Shown here one piece after another: positions 13,752 to 31,402 of a stretch of DNA of 64,000 nt (its first letter is position 1; the number at the start of each line of letters is the position of its first letter). Both the position numbers and the translations under genes were made by a program. Source of the DNA: the human T2T-CHM13v2.0 reference genome, Homo sapiens; NCBI RefSeq assembly GCF_009914755.1, contig NC_060929.1. The stretch is one strand, 5' to 3'. The notes under the pieces were generated by a model. That model was not told the DNA's origin. It saw only the letters and a list, made by a program, of their open reading frames with translations, and searched no databases.

Positions 13752-14748
13752 TTCTCTTTAGACAAAGCCATTTTGCAAATAACTAAAAAACAGAGTGCTT
13801 CCAAAAAAGGTGGTATGTTTAATTAAGACAAATTACAAAGAAGTACTATTAGAAAGACCTTATTTTTATTTTATTTAAGGGCTTAAAAAAGCTTAAATCA
13901 CAAACTCTTAGTTATGTCAACAGGCTGTCAATAAAAATCAGTAGGCTGGGGTCACTAGAGTCACTAGCGCACTCATCAGTCCTGGGTCTTTAACCAGTGG
14001 TCATTGTCAAAGCTCATTAGCTCGCTCTATATCCAGAGTGGAGACACCATCTATCAGTTACTGTTACTTCGTGACAAACCATACGAAAGAGAGCTTTAAA
14101 TCCACCTGTGCTTTAAGCCTGGGAAAGAGAGGATAAATGTCCTCGGATATCAGCTCCAACAGAGAAAGTGTCTGCAGAAGGCAACAGGATGATTGTGTAT
14201 GGGTTGGGCTGGGTGGCTGTTTTGTTTAAATTAACCAATGATTGCTGACTTCATTCTACAGACCTGACTTGCCCTTTCTGGATGTTTCCTAATCTCACTC
14301 TCCATAGAAGACCGAAAAATGAGTGTTGTGAAATTAGCACACGTTTAGTGACATTATAATTAGATAACTTTCCCCCTCGAAAGTCCAACTCCTGAATCAC
14401 TAAACAGATGTGATGTCTGTTCAATGTTTATCTGACTGTAAAAGCAGAGAACAGAAACAATACACTCCTAATTATGCAATAGGGCATGACTCCCCTGACA
14501 CACAGCCATCAGACACTGCCTTTCTTCATTTTAATACCCTCGGGTATTACAATTCAATAACTTCAGGTATTATTGCCCTTTCTTCTTTTTACAAAAATTA
14601 ACAGATCATTTGAGCAAACATTTTATTCCCACCTTAGCCAACTTGTACTTATCTAAATGACTGCCATTCAGAATTGTATGATGGACCCCCTCCACCTACC
14701 AGATGCTCGGCAAAAGTCTTAGTTCATTAGATTGTCTAATGACCAACA

Positions 14749-14910
14749 GCAGTGCTTCCCAAACTTTATTGCATTTTCAGATCACCCGAGGATCCTGTTA
14801 AATTGTAGCTTCTGATTCAGGAAGTCTGCCGTGGAGCCTGAGAGTCTCCAGCTCTAACAAGCTCCCAGGTGATGCTGATGCTGCTGATCTGAGATGCACA
14901 CATTGAGCAC
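14749..14910. mobile_element. MER5A (hAT-Charlie)
   Basis: cagtgcttcccaaactt..tctgattcaggaagtctg..tctaacaagctcccaggtgatgctgatgctgctg. Confidence 0.8.
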
Positions 14911-16571
14911 AGATAACCTTGATAATCTTCTCTAAAATTTCCAACAGAAAATAGAAACACAGTTACGTAATTGCATCTGATTTGTTTCCTGAAAGATAAC
15001 AATGATTATTTTTAAAGAGAGTGGATTTTAAACATGAATTTTAAAACACAGTAGTAATCTCCCTAAATGTTATCTCCATGGATAGACATCTTTTTAGATC
15101 TCAGAGAGGTCCTTTGAGGCCAATGAGTATTGACTTCAGGAAGTGATCCAAGGCAGAACACACACAGATTCATTTAAAGCAAAGCTTAAAGCCAATAGTT
15201 ATCCACAGCTGCACTATTGATGACTGCTTGGCTCTTCCTTTGCAGTAAATGTACATAAACAAATCGAAATATGCTCTCTTTATTTTTGAAAACCTCTTCC
15301 TGAGAATAGGATTCAAGTTCATGTTCTCACCTATAGCATCTGCTGTGCAAAGTTTATTTAAGTGTGACGTACTTAAATAAGATTTCTGAAATTACTAAAA
15401 TTAACTCCCTTAGAAATTTATTAGCCTAATATAGATTCAACTATGGACATAAATGTCAAAGATTCACAATATTCTAGTTCACATTTCATGATTTTATGAT
15501 CCTGTACTTAATAGCAACTTTCTTCTGAGGAGCTCATAACACCTCATATTCATTCTCCCAATAAACTTTTCTGAGTTTGTTAAGACAATGGGTCACATTA
15601 TAAATTTCTGGATTTGCAAGGTTAATATCTAAAGGCAATATAATTTTTCTATAATTCGGGTAAGTAGATACTAAATAGAACATCTAGGTTGAATATGATT
15701 CTCTTATTGAGTATAATTAAGCTTTCCAAAAGAGTGGTTAACACCATTAGACTCACAGATACTAGCATAATTTCCTATACACACAAGGAACATTGTAATA
15801 AAACAGCTGAATATATTCATTCCACAGATAACTAACATCTGGAATAATAATAATAATAACTATTGTTTATAATAAATCATGGACTATTCTAAACATTTTA
15901 CATATAAGTTGTTATTCTTTAAAACAACTTTATATGATAGATGTTATTATTACACCCATTTCACAGATAAAGTGAAATGCTGAGGGGCTGAATAATCAAC
16001 CCAAAGTTATAAAACTAGTAAGTACTAAAGCCAGAATCCAACCAAACCCAGGCAGCCTAACTTTTGTGCTCAAGCTCTACCATATGCCAGACACCATCCT
16101 AGGCAATGATGATGAAAATTAAAGGTGCTTATGGGAACGGCAATGTGTTGTATTCACAGCATCTCCACTGATGCACAACTCACTTCTCCCTATCATTAGT
16201 CATTATGTCCTTCTTTTCAGCTGAGCTCAAATTTGGCCTGACAGCCTTTCTCAACCCAGAGTTCCAAGGCAGCCATTATCAACTACAGATGGTACATGAA
16301 TCAAAATTTATTTGCCATGCCTGATTGTGTGCACAGAGCACAATCATTTCCTAATCTTTAAATACTTGTATTTCAAATGCTTATTCGCAAGTTGGTATAG
16401 GTTGCACCAGGGAATTTTCACATCAAAATTCTTTACAAATGCCCTATACAGGCTTTAATATTTCTTTAGCCTAAGAATTTGGGAAGGACACTTACCTGCC
16501 TGAAATCCTATATTATTTTTTAAATCTACTATCTATAGGAAAAATTAAAATTAGAATCCTATATCCTAAAA

Positions 16572-16795
16572 ATGGGAATGATAGACACTGGGGACTACTA
16601 GAGAGGAGGAGATAGAAAGTGGGGAAAGGGCTGAAAAACTACCTGTTGAGTACTGTGCTTACCACCTGGGTAATGATTTCAGTTTATCCAAACCTCAGCA
16701 TTACACAATATACCTTTGTAACAAACCCGCACATGTACTCTGCTCTAAAATAGAAGTAGAAAAAGAAAAAAAAATTGAATCCTATGTCCTACAAT
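16572..16795 (+). mobile_element. Short L1 3' end (L1PA15/L1PB/L1MA-type)
   Basis: atagacactggggactactagag..gggctgaaaaactacctgttgagtactgtgct..gtaacaaacccgcacatgtac followed by an A tail. Confidence 0.85.
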
Positions 16796-17564
16796 ATAAA
16801 TACATTCAGATTTTTAAATTTTTGTTTAAAAAAACATACTGGAAAAAATATGAGATTACATTTTTACAATCTTGAGGGGAACAAACATTTCTCAAGCATG
16901 ATGAAAGTCCACAAACAACATAGAAAGACAGATTTAACTACACAAAATTGCAAAACTTCTTTACAACCAGGATACTACAAGGAAAGTTAAAAAACAAATG
17001 ACATCATTTCTGGATAGCTGAGATAATGGTGGCTACCTAAATCTGAATATCTCCACACATCCTCCCAAAAACAACATAGGTCAAAAAGAAGAAAAAAGAT
17101 ACATACACAAATTCCACACCTTCATCAAAACCAGTAACACTACAAACTTTAAATTATCTGTAATTAACAAAAAAAATGTATGTACAGACACACTATACTA
17201 AATCTTCCACTACAAACCTTAGCAGAGATTGATCAGGGGAAAGAGGATCTCCAGAAAATCTGGGAGGAAGAGAGAAGAGGGGATTAAGCTAAAATAGCTC
17301 CCAGAAAGAGAAAGCCCATCTTCAATGTCAAAATACTGAAAGAGAGTTTTTGTGGATAAGAATACAGACAACAAGGAAGAAACTGAAAAGTAACATGAGA
17401 TTCAGGGAGGCAGTTCTGGAAAGGCTGGGGAAGAAAAAGATAAAGGAAAAGTTTTGGTGATCTTTGGAGACTGCGTAGAGAATGCAAAAAGAAACAAGAG
17501 GGAAAGATTTAGGAACCTGCAAGACAAAAGAATACAAAAATAATCAAAGGACACACAAAATTAT

Positions 17565-17756
17565 TAGGGCTAAATAATTCTTTATTATGGGGGGGGTGTC
17601 TATCTTGTGCATTTGTAGGATATTTGGCAATATCCCTGGCCTCTACCTACTAGATGTCATTAGCACCCCACCCCTAGATATGACAACCAAAAATGTCTCC
17701 AGACATTGTCAAATTCCCCTGAGGGGCATAGTCACATCCCATTGAGAACCACTGAC
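17565..17756. mobile_element. MER20 (hAT-Charlie)
   Basis: atccctggcctctacctactagatg..gacaaccaaaaatgtctccagacattgtcaaattcccctg..ttgagaaccactg. Confidence 0.85.
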
Positions 17757-18204
17757 CTAGAGCAATGATTTGTGAATTTCTGATTGGTTTGTTTGTTGTT
17801 TGAAGTCTCTTCTTTAGATGTTTTGCCTTTTTGTAGTAAACTTTTAAGGGGAAAAAAATAATGAAAATTAAGGAAGGAAAAGACATTTCACTCCTTCGTT
17901 CATTTATTTCAAATTCAGTAAGAATTTGTTGAATGTATTGAAAGGTAACAGACATTGTGTAAAAGATGAATAAGTAAGGCAAGCACAACCCGAACTTTTA
18001 TACTTTTCATATGACTTATTTAATTTAATATTATCATGGATTGATTAACATCTACATTTCTAAGAATTGCTACCACAATTATTTTTAATCTAGGATCTTA
18101 ACACACAAGCAAAACACTATATATGTCGTTTTGCTACAAATGTTTAGAAAACTCACTGTGGATAACTATTTTTGGTGCTATCATTGAAATTCTCTTTGTA
18201 CAGT

Positions 18205-18631
18205 ATTGTTAGATATTGCTATGATAATGTTGTGTAACATATAACCATAAAATCTCAGTGGCATACCACGATAGGCATTTATTTAATTTGCACATCGCTG
18301 TGTGGGCCAGGGCCCAGCTGATCTAGCCTGGGCTCAGTTTGGGTGGCTCTGTTCCTTGTGCCCCTCACCCTCTTCCACCTATGGGCAGTTGAGAGGAGGC
18401 ATATTCTTTCATGGTAATGGCAGAGGCACAAGAGAAACAGAATCACAAAAGAATTGGACTCAGAACTGTTATGCTGTTGCTTCTGTTCTATTCTCTTCAG
18501 CCAGCACAATATCACAGGGCAGAGAAAATATCCTCCACTCACAGGAGTGAAGGGAACTGTAAATTCACATAGCAAAGGACAGAGACACAGCAAGGGTTGA
18601 AGGATTAGGGCCAATGTTACCATTTACCACA
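18205..18631 (-). mobile_element. Old MaLR LTR (MLT1J/K-like)
   Basis: ttgctatgataatgttgtgtaaca..aaaatctcagtggc..catttatt..; ends accaca. Confidence 0.6.
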
Positions 18632-18648
18632 GCAAGAAAAAAACCTTA

Positions 18649-19010
<362 letters not shown>

Positions 19011-21518
19011 TTAATCCAATAGCAGAGTAACAGTTTTCAACAATGAAAAAAATGAAGTCATCAACTTCAGAGGGATTATGATTTCAGTATGCTTTTTTTA
19101 GAACAGCAGCAATACCAAATTTATTTTTTTACAGCAGTTCATTTCTAAAGACCAACATTTCAATGATAAATGCCAGCAAGTGACTTTTACTATCATCTAT
19201 ACTACACCTTTTAAAGGAATTTTAAGCAAGAAACTTTTTAGATGTCATTATTTGTATTCTTTATTTGTTCTTAAAAAGAATTTTTCTGAAACATAACACT
19301 TCTTAAAATCAAATATGAATCCCTCAGATTTAGATTTCCACATTCTTTATACTCCAGGGGAAAAAAATAATTGGATTGTGCTTTCTCATTCGTGACCATT
19401 TAAATATTCAGTTTCTTAGGTTACATTTTAGTGTGTTTTTATGTTTTATTCAGGACACAATGTTCCAGCAAATATCACAAACCCAAATCAATGGCTTATA
19501 CCGACATTAAATATGTCATTAACATGCTTGTTTCCAGGAAAGTTCAATGAGAAGACGTCAACAAACCTGCAGAGAAAGGCTTACTGCATTCAAAATAAAT
19601 GATAGAAGAGGCACCAGAAATAACTTAAAACATTTAGGATGATCAAGAGGAGAAAAAGAAATGTGAAAATATCTAGCTGTCTTGGCAGACAAAGATTATC
19701 CCGATTTCCATATACACAGAGCTAGCAACAAAACAAAGTGTATGTCATTTTCCACAGCAATCACGCTGTTCCTTTCATCTCTGGGACTTAGATGTTCACA
19801 ATGTAATGTGACTAACACCTTAGGTCCCTGGTCTCTAATGTCCGTGTCACCACAAGCCACAGCAGGATCCCACAGTGCAGCATTTCCAGAAAACAGCACT
19901 GAAAGATCAGCAACTCAGATAGAGGCACCAAAAAGAAGATACCATATGTCAGGTTATAGAAGTTTTTCATCTCTTTTTCATTCATTCACTTACTGAACAG
20001 AGAACGTTTACTAGTCATGCCTTTGAAAGGTAACACATGTCCCACTGGCTGGGATTGACCTTGAAAATGAAGAGGGAGAGAAGGCTGGGGCTAGCCCAAC
20101 GATGTTGAGCAAGTGAGAACTTCTTAGTATTCAGAAATAAGGGGGGATGGCATCTGCTGAGGTGGCCTGTAAACTTTAGTCTGTAGAAAGGTTTGGCAAT
20201 ACACCTTTGGCCTACGGTGCTTTAAAGAAAGTTTCAGATTAGAGGAGGATGTGCTGGTGGCAGGGGGTCATGAACACTGACAGCAGAGAGAGGGGCCTGA
20301 AGAACTTGAAGAACAGACCAAAATCCCAGGTATAAACTCAATCACTTATACTCATCTGAGTTCATTTTTGAGGCTGTCTCATAATAATTCATATTCACAA
20401 TGATGACCCAGAGTCACTCAGAAGGTATTGAATTGTGTTCAATTCACTCTTTTTAAAAATGCAAAATAAGTAAAATTCTTTTTTAAAAGATTTTAATGAA
20501 AAGTTGTTACATATTTTTAAGAGCTGTATTGAGGCATAATTAATGAACAATATAATCCATATATGTAAAGTGTACATTATTGGAGGTTTTGATATATGAA
20601 TATATCTGTAAAACCATCCCAAAAATTATGAAAATGAGCATACTTATTACCTCCAAAAGATTATTCACACCCCTTTGTAATGCCTTTTTCCTGCATATCT
20701 CCGCCCCATGAACAATCTCTGGGCAACTATTGATCTGCTGTCACTGTAGATTAGTTTTCATTTTCTATAATTTTGCATAAATGGAATCATACACTATCTA
20801 ATCTTTTTGTTTGGCTTCTTCCAGTCAATGTGATTGTTTTGAAATCCATCCATATTGCTGTGTGTATCAATAGTTCATTTTTTTCAAATTGCTGAATAGA
20901 ATTCCATTATGTGAGCATACTATAACTTGTTTACCCTTTTACCTGTTGATGGATATATTATAATTGTTTCCAGCTTGGGGCTATTAAAAATAAAGTTCTT
21001 GAAAACATTTATGTATAACTCTTGGTATGGAGATATGCTCGTTTCTCTTGGATTAATACCTTAGAAAGGAATGACTGGATTAGACAGTAGGTATATGTTT
21101 AACATTTTCAGAAATTATTTTTAGAAATTGTTTTCCAAACTGACTGTAGTATTTTCCATTTCTTCCAGCAGTAGATGAGAGTTCCAGTTACTCCACATCT
21201 ATACCAACACATGGTAGAGAGTCAGTCATTTTCATTTTAGATATTCTAACAAGTCTGTAGTGGTATCTGAATGTAGTTTTAATTTGTATTTTCCTAGTAA
21301 CGAATGAGGTTCAGCATATTTTCATGTGCTTATTTCCCATACATATATATTTTTTGGTAAAACTACTATCCAAATGTGTTGTCCATTTTTTAATTGCGTT
21401 GTTTGTTTTCTTATTATTAGTCTTTGAAAGTTCTTTATATATTATTTGTACATGTCCTTTATCAGATATATGATCTGCAAATATTTCCTCCCCATCTGTG
21501 GCTTGTCTTTTTATTCTC

Positions 21519-23634
<2,116 letters not shown>

Positions 23635-23720
23635 TTAGTTTTAGTGAAGTTCAGTTTAATTTGTTTTTTTATATATCATGTTTTTGGTGTTTCATGAAGA
23701 AATATTTGCCTAATTTTGCT

Positions 23721-24600
<880 letters not shown>

Positions 24601-25849
24601 GTAAGAGTTTTTAGTTTCAGGTTTTACATTTAGGTCCGTGATCCCTTTTGAGTTAATTTTTGTGTATAATATCAGGGGTTCTTTCATATCCCATTGTAAC
24701 ACCACCATTTTTTGAAATGAGTATCTTTCCTCCTTGAATTGTCTCTGCTATTTAGTCAAAATCAGGTTGACCCCATATGTGTAGTTCTATTTCTGGACTC
24801 TATATTCTGTTCTGCTGATCTATTTGTCTATTTTTATGCCAGTACCATACTGACCTTGATTACTATAAGACTAAAATCTTATAAGGTAGTGTTAGCCTTC
24901 TACTTTCTCCTTTCTAAAGTTCTTTGGCTGTTTGCATTTTCATATAACTTTTAGAATCAGCTTATCAATTTCTACATAAAATTTTCTGGAATTTAGATTG
25001 ATAGATTGCATTGAATCTATCAATCAATTTGGAGACAATTGAAATTTCTAAAATACTGAGTCTCTGATCCATGAAGACATTATCTCTCTCTGTTTGTTTA
25101 GGTCTTCTTTAATCCCTCTCACCAATATTTTATAGTTTTCAGCGCACAGGTCTTGCACATCTTTTGTCAGATTTATCCCTAAATATTTCATGATTTTCAT
25201 GATTTTAATTCTATTATAAATAATATTATTTTAAAATTTTAATTCCACATTATTTGTTGCTAGTAAATATAAATGCAATTTTAATTGTATATTGATCTTG
25301 TATCCTGCAAACTTGCTAACTTACTTATTCATTCTAGTGACTTTTTTGTAGAGTCCATAAAATTGTCCACATAGATGATCTATGAATAAAAACTAATTTA
25401 CTACTTCTGTTCTAATCTAGACGCTTTTTATTTTTTTTCTTGCTTTACTGAATGGACTACAACCTCCAGTTCAATAGAAGTATGATAACAGATAACCTTG
25501 TTTTGTTTCTATCTCAGGAAGAAAGCATTTTAAGTATGATGTTAGTTTTGTTTTTCATAAATGTCCTTAATCAAAATGAGGATGTTTCTCTTCTATTCCT
25601 AGTTTGCTAAGATTATTTTTTTAATCAGGAATGGTTATTAGACTTTGTCAAATGCTCTTTCTGCATCTTTTGAGATGATCATATGATTATTATTTTTAAA
25701 TTTGTTTTAATATGGTGAATTATTTTCATTAATTTTCAAATGTTAAACCAATCTTGCATTCCTGGGATAAACCTCTCTTGGTAATGATACATATTCTTTT
25801 TATATATTGTAGGGTTTGATTTTCTATATTTCATGAAGAATATTGGTTT

Positions 25850-26688
25850 TGTCAAGAGTTGAACTGAGTTGGAGAGTGCTTAGCTTCTGGATGTCAGAGT
25901 AGCCATTAAGACAAACCAAGATGAAAATAACATTGAAGCCTTGAATCCAAGCTTGTCCAATCCATGGCCCACAGGCTGTGTGTGGCCCAGGATGGCTTTG
26001 AATATGGCCCAACAAAACTTGTAAACTTTCTTAAAACATGATGACATTTTCTTGCTTTTTTTTTTTTTTAGCTCATCAGCTGTCATTAGTGTCAGTGTAT
26101 TTTATGTGTGGTCCAAGACAATTCTTCTTCCAATGTGGCCCAGGGAAGCCAAAAGATTAGACACCCCTAACTGAATCACTTACTGCAATAGTATAAGCCA
26201 GAGGCCAAACAGGAGAAAGTGCTGGTTCCCTCAATGTCCCCTTTTTGCCCTATAGAATGACATCCAGTTGGGGTCAGATGTCTCAGCATAGACTGAGGGA
26301 CATTGTCTCACGGTCAAGGGCTCGCCATATAAAAGGCTCCTACCATTCTATGGGACCCAGAGGGTGGGGAGGGAGGGTAAAGGGGAAGGACCAGAGTAGA
26401 AAAGTACTGAGTACTGAGTCAGAGTGGAGAAAAGTGTCTTCAAATCCTCCCCAACTCCACTTTCCAATGAGGAGGGAGGTCTTGGCAGCGATGTCCCAAC
26501 CAAAGGCCTCTCCAAGTGGCTAGCCAAGGGGCCTGAGTCCTGGACTGCAACTCCCTTCAGAAACTTCAGTGCAAGTCTGGTGTTGGCAGGGCAGCTTTCC
26601 CCATGAGACCTGCTAGATAAAACCTTTGTAATTACCTTGGTCAGGCCTAAAAGATCATACATAGAATTTTGGCCAGAGCCAGGCTCCA
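25850..26688. mobile_element. Probable solo LTR (family not identified), itself interrupted by MER30
   Basis: Non-L1 insert bounded by TG..CA with 5-bp flanks ggttt/gattt; the host L1 reads through once it is removed. Confidence 0.55.
25948..26169. mobile_element. MER30 (hAT-Charlie)
   Basis: caagcttgtccaa..tgtggcccaggatggctttgaat..tgtggcccagggaagccaaaagattagacacccct; degenerate 8-bp TSD cttgaatc/actgaatc. Confidence 0.88.
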
Positions 26689-29232
26689 GATTTGTGATTT
26701 TTTTTTCCTTGTAATGTTTTTGTCAGGTTTTGGTATCAATGCAATTCTAGTTTCATGAAATGAGCTGGAAAGTACTTTCTCCTTTCCAATTTTCTGGAAG
26801 AGTTTGTGAAAATTCGTATTGTTTCTTTCTTAAATGTTTGGTAGGATTTACCATTGAAGTTATCTGGTACTGAATTTTTCTTTGCGGGATGTTTTTCACT
26901 ACAAACTCAAACTTTGTAGATATAGGGATATTTAGGTTATCTATTTCTTCTTGAATGAGCTTTAGTAATTTGTATCTTTCAAGGAATTTGTCCATTTCAT
27001 CTATATTGTTGAATTTATTGGCAAGAAGTTGTTCATGGTATTCCCTTATTATCCTTTTAATATCCCTGTAATCTGTAGTGACGCCACCTCTCAATCCTAA
27101 TCAGTCTGGCTAGAGGTTTATCCATTTTATTGACCTTTCAATAAGCTTTTGGTTTCATTAACTTTTTTCTATTATTTTTGTCTTCTGTGTCATTCAATGG
27201 TGCTCTGATAATTATTGTTTCCTTATTCTGCCTATCTGTATTTTATTTGCTCTTCTTTTACAGCTTTCTTAAGGTGGAAGCTAAGGTCATTGATTTGAGA
27301 ACTTTTTTCTGTTCTAACACAGTTATATAGCACTGTATTTTTTTCTCTAAGTCCTGCTTAAGCTGTATGCCACAAATTTTGATATGTTATATTTTCATTT
27401 CCTTCAGTTCAAAATACTTTCTAATTTCTCTATTAATTTCTTCTTGGACTCACAGTGTATTTAGAAATGTTTCTTTATCTTCCAAATGTTTGGGGATTTT
27501 ACAGATATCTTTCAGTTGCTTTCTAATTTCAGTCACTTGTGGTCAAAGAGCATAATGTGTGTGACTTGAATTATTTTAAACGTATTGAGATTTGTTATGT
27601 GGTCTAAAATATGCCCTGCCTTGGTGAATGTTCTGTGTACACTTGAAAGAATGTGTATTTTGCTGTCATGAAGTGGAATGTTCTAGAAATATCAAAAAGG
27701 TCAAGTTGGTTGATAGTATTAGTTAAGTCTTCTATATTCTTACTGAATTTTAGTCTACTTATTCTAGCAATTTTTGAGATATGACTGTTGAACCTGTCAA
27801 TTATAGTTTCTGCTGATATGCCTTCAAGTTTCCTAGTCTTTTCTTCTGTAATGTCTAATCTGCCACTAACACAATTTAGTGTGCTTTTGGTCTTATTGTT
27901 GCTTTAATCTCTAGAAGTTCAATTTGGGTCTTTTAAAAATATCTTTCATATCTCTACTTAACATGTTCAACCTTTCCTTTAGCTTCTTGAACAGATATAG
28001 TTATTGCTGTTTTAATGTCTTTGTCTAGCATTTCTAACATTTGTGTCAGTTTGGGGTCAGTTTCTACTGACAGATTTTTTTTTTCTTTTTACCTAATTGC
28101 AGGTTGTATTTCATATTTATCACAATCTGGGACATGGTTAAGTTACTTGGAAACTTCAAGTCTTGCTTTCAGGCTTTGTCAGGCAGGACCAGAGTAGCAT
28201 TTAGGATACAGCTAATTTTGCTGTGCTACTGAGAGAAAATACTTCTTAATATTTCACTGGATACCCTGTGAATTATGACATTTTCCACCACCGCTGGTGG
28301 GAGCAGGCACTATTCCCTGTGCCATGTGAGCCCGAGAGGTTGCTCCCTCTAATCATTCTGAGTGGTTATTCCCAGAGCCCAGTTGGGTTTTACATATGCA
28401 TGAGCTGATCAGTACTCAGCTGAATGCTTGAGGGGACCCTATGCATGTCTCTTGAGTTCTCTGTGCATCTCTCTTTCTCTGGTACTCTGTCCTTGAACTC
28501 TAACCACTTGGCTTAACTTACCTGGACTTCCAGCTCCAGCCCCTAGACTCAGGGAGGTTGCCAAGCTCTGTTCTGGATTTTCTCCCTGTCCCACAGCCTA
28601 GACACTGTCTCAAGACAGTAAGCTGGGGCAACTGTAGGGTTCGCCTTGCTTGTTTACCGTCTCTCAAAGGTCACTGTTGTGCCGATCTGATGTCCAATAT
28701 CCTGAGAACCATTGTTTCATATACTTTGTCCTATTTTTTACTTATTTCAGGCAAGAGAGCAAATCTAATCATTATTACTTCATCATGACCAGAAGCAAAG
28801 GTCCAAAATTTGTCAAATATTTTAATGTCAGCAAAATAGTTTGTTTTTTTAGTATAAATGTATTTTTAAAATCTACACTGCACTCAAGTCTACTTATTTT
28901 TCAATTTTGGCAGATAAAACCAGGTTTTCATATAAGCTGTTGTTCATCATGAGACTGTCCAGCTGTAAATACTAGGAAATAATGGACTCTGAACTAAGAG
29001 TTGTATAGGTCTAGATACACATTTTCAAGGAGCAATAACAAGAGATCAATAAACAATTAACTTTTTTGAGGAGTCGACATTTTAGATGTTACCAAACTGT
29101 TGAACTTTGAATGTCTTCACTAGAGTGGCATCTAACAAAAACTAAGGAAACCTCTGCATGTGGGCACACACCCCTTTAGGGAGCCTTTCTTGGCTTAATT
29201 CATTGACTCAGTACAATTTATTGAGCTCCTAT

Positions 29233-30757
29233 TGTCACAGGGTCCTTAGGGTGTCGCTTCACCAACTGGAAATCTCTGTGGCCAGCAGTGCCTCTACTTG
29301 GGTTTTGCTTGTGCCCGCTGGCTCATTCTGCCCACTCAGTCCAGCACCTGCACTCAGCTTGCGCTACTGGCCCAGATCCCATACCTGCCAAGGGGGAGCC
29401 AGCTGCAGAGCAGTGAGAGGTGTGTGAGTGAGTGAGTGCAGGGTCTGGCCACTGTGTACAGCCAGGTGTACCAGCTATAGCAGGGCAGGCAGCTCTAGCT
29501 GCCAGCACAGGTGCTGGCTCCATGTAAAGCTACAGCTGGACCAGACATACTGCAAGCAGCTTCCGCTGTGGGCACCAGCATCTGGACATGGAGAACGCAA
29601 TGGTGCCAGAAAACTCAAAGACACCAGGAACTGCAGAGCCCCAAAGAGGGTGTTACAGCATGCCACGGCCCTGGCTTGGGGAGCTCCAAGTTCTAGGCTC
29701 CCAGAAAGGTGGCAGCTCTTCTCTCCTTCTCATCACCTGCAAGGTGGTGAATAGGGAGCATGTTTCAGCCCTGTTTGTGTTACAGCTCTTTCAATCTCAC
29801 CTTTCAGTGGGTCCCAAGTTCTTGTCCCTCATCCAAGAAGAATGAGGTATACAGATAACTGGAGGGTGAGCAAGGCAGCGAGAACTTTACTGAGTAACAG
29901 AACAGCTTGCGGGAGACCTGAAGTGAGTGGCTCCTTTCTGCAGACAGGTTGTCCAGCTCTCAACGGAGAGGAGACCTGCAGTGGGTAGGTCCTTTCAGCA
30001 GGCAGGTAATCCCAATGAGTGTGCAAGTCTGACTGAGTCTGGGATTTTTATGGGCTCAGAAGGGAGGAAGTGCATATTGAATGGACCATAGGTGGCCATG
30101 GGCAGGCCTGGAAAATGCACCATAAGTTCTCGTCCTGGGTCACGGACCCCACCTGGAACTGGCAGCCTGGCCCCAAGGCTGCAGGTCATCCCTGGCTCGA
30201 AGGTGGATCTTCACCAGGGACCCACCCCTTCCCTCCTAGAAATCTGTCTGCCTCCTGCAACTATCAACATGCTCTCCATGGTGCCCAGACTGCTTGCACC
30301 AAGGGGCACCTACAGGCCTGCACCAAACTGCCCTCAGCAGCCCCCAGCCTCCCTCCCTGAGCTCACTGGTGCCCAAAGTTTCAGAGGGGGCTGAGGCAGT
30401 GTGAGGGCTGGTTGCAACAATGCCTGGGCTTGGCTTCAACTTTGCTCTGAAATTGGAGCGGGCACCAGGAGCAGGGAGAGGCCAGGGAGCAGGAGTGGGC
30501 ACTTCTGAGCCTGTGGAGAAGGAGAGCTTCCTGGGCTCCCTAGAGTGCAGGGATGCCTGGATCTGGAGCCATGGCTGGGCAGCTGCAGCCCTGCCCAGGA
30601 TCACAGGGCTCCCATCCCACCAACTCAGTAGGGGGCAAGGCTGCTGCCTGTTCCCAGGCCCTGCCAGCTCCATGGAGTGTACAGCCCCAACTATGCCTCC
30701 CCTGCTGCAGTTGGCATTCCCACAGCAGCTGCTCCAGATGGGCCACTGCCACCATCA
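29233..30757 (-). mobile_element. MER52-family solo LTR (ERV1), ~1.5 kb, inserted in an L2 3' end
   Basis: TG..CA ends (tgtcacagggtccttagggtgtcgc..ccactgccaccatca), 4-bp flanks ctat/ctac, GC-rich body. Confidence 0.88.
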
Positions 30758-31080
30758 CTACTTACGTGTCAGTGACTATTCAAGGTCCTAGAGATAGAGC
30801 AGGAAATAAGACAAGGATCTCAATCTTCATGGAACTTTATTTTACCCACAATAAGAAAACATTCAACAGCTCTGTTAAGGAAAAATAGATCAGAGTAAAA
30901 GAGTAAAGAACGTCTGTAGATAATATTTTAAATGGAGCTATCATGGACAGCCTCTATAAGAAGGTTACATTGGATTTAAGAGAAATGAGAAAGGAAGCCA
31001 TGCAAAATTCAGCGAAGAGTATTCGGCGAAAGGAAATAGAAAGTACAAATACCCTGTGGCAGAAATGAGTTGGGTTTATT
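30758..31080 (-). mobile_element. L2 fragment (continues from 29195-29232)
   Basis: attcattgactca..tttattgagctccta | gatagagcaggaaataagaca..ttcatggaactt. Confidence 0.6.
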
Positions 31081-31310
31081 TTAACATTCTTTTTTAATAA
31101 AAATGTAAATTCTTTCCAATGAGTACAAGCCAAGGTTTAATTTAATATTCTGATAGAAATATAATCTAAAATCAACAGTAACTACACTACTTAATGTTGT
31201 TTACCTACATGCATTCATTCATATTTTCATTCATATCATAAACTACATATTAAGCACCCTGCTGTGTATGGAAATGCAAAGATGTGTTGCCCCAAAAAAA
31301 TCCTCACATT

Positions 31311-31402
31311 CGGTGGCAGTGAGCTGAGATCGCAGCTTTGCATTCCAGCCTGGGCAACAAGAGAGAAACTCTATCTCAAAAACAAAAACAAAAACAAAAA
31401 AA
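31311..31402 (+). mobile_element. Severely 5'-truncated Alu (3' ~65 nt plus tail)
   Basis: gcagtgagctgagatcgc..ccagcctgggcaacaagag with (AAAAAC)n tail; TSD aaaaaaa(t/c)cctcacat. Confidence 0.9.

Noticed and set aside
29158-30888. Dense cluster of overlapping ORFs (also at 2065-3000)
   Set aside because: GC-rich MER52 LTR and L1 5'UTR sequence is stop-poor; no recognisable protein.
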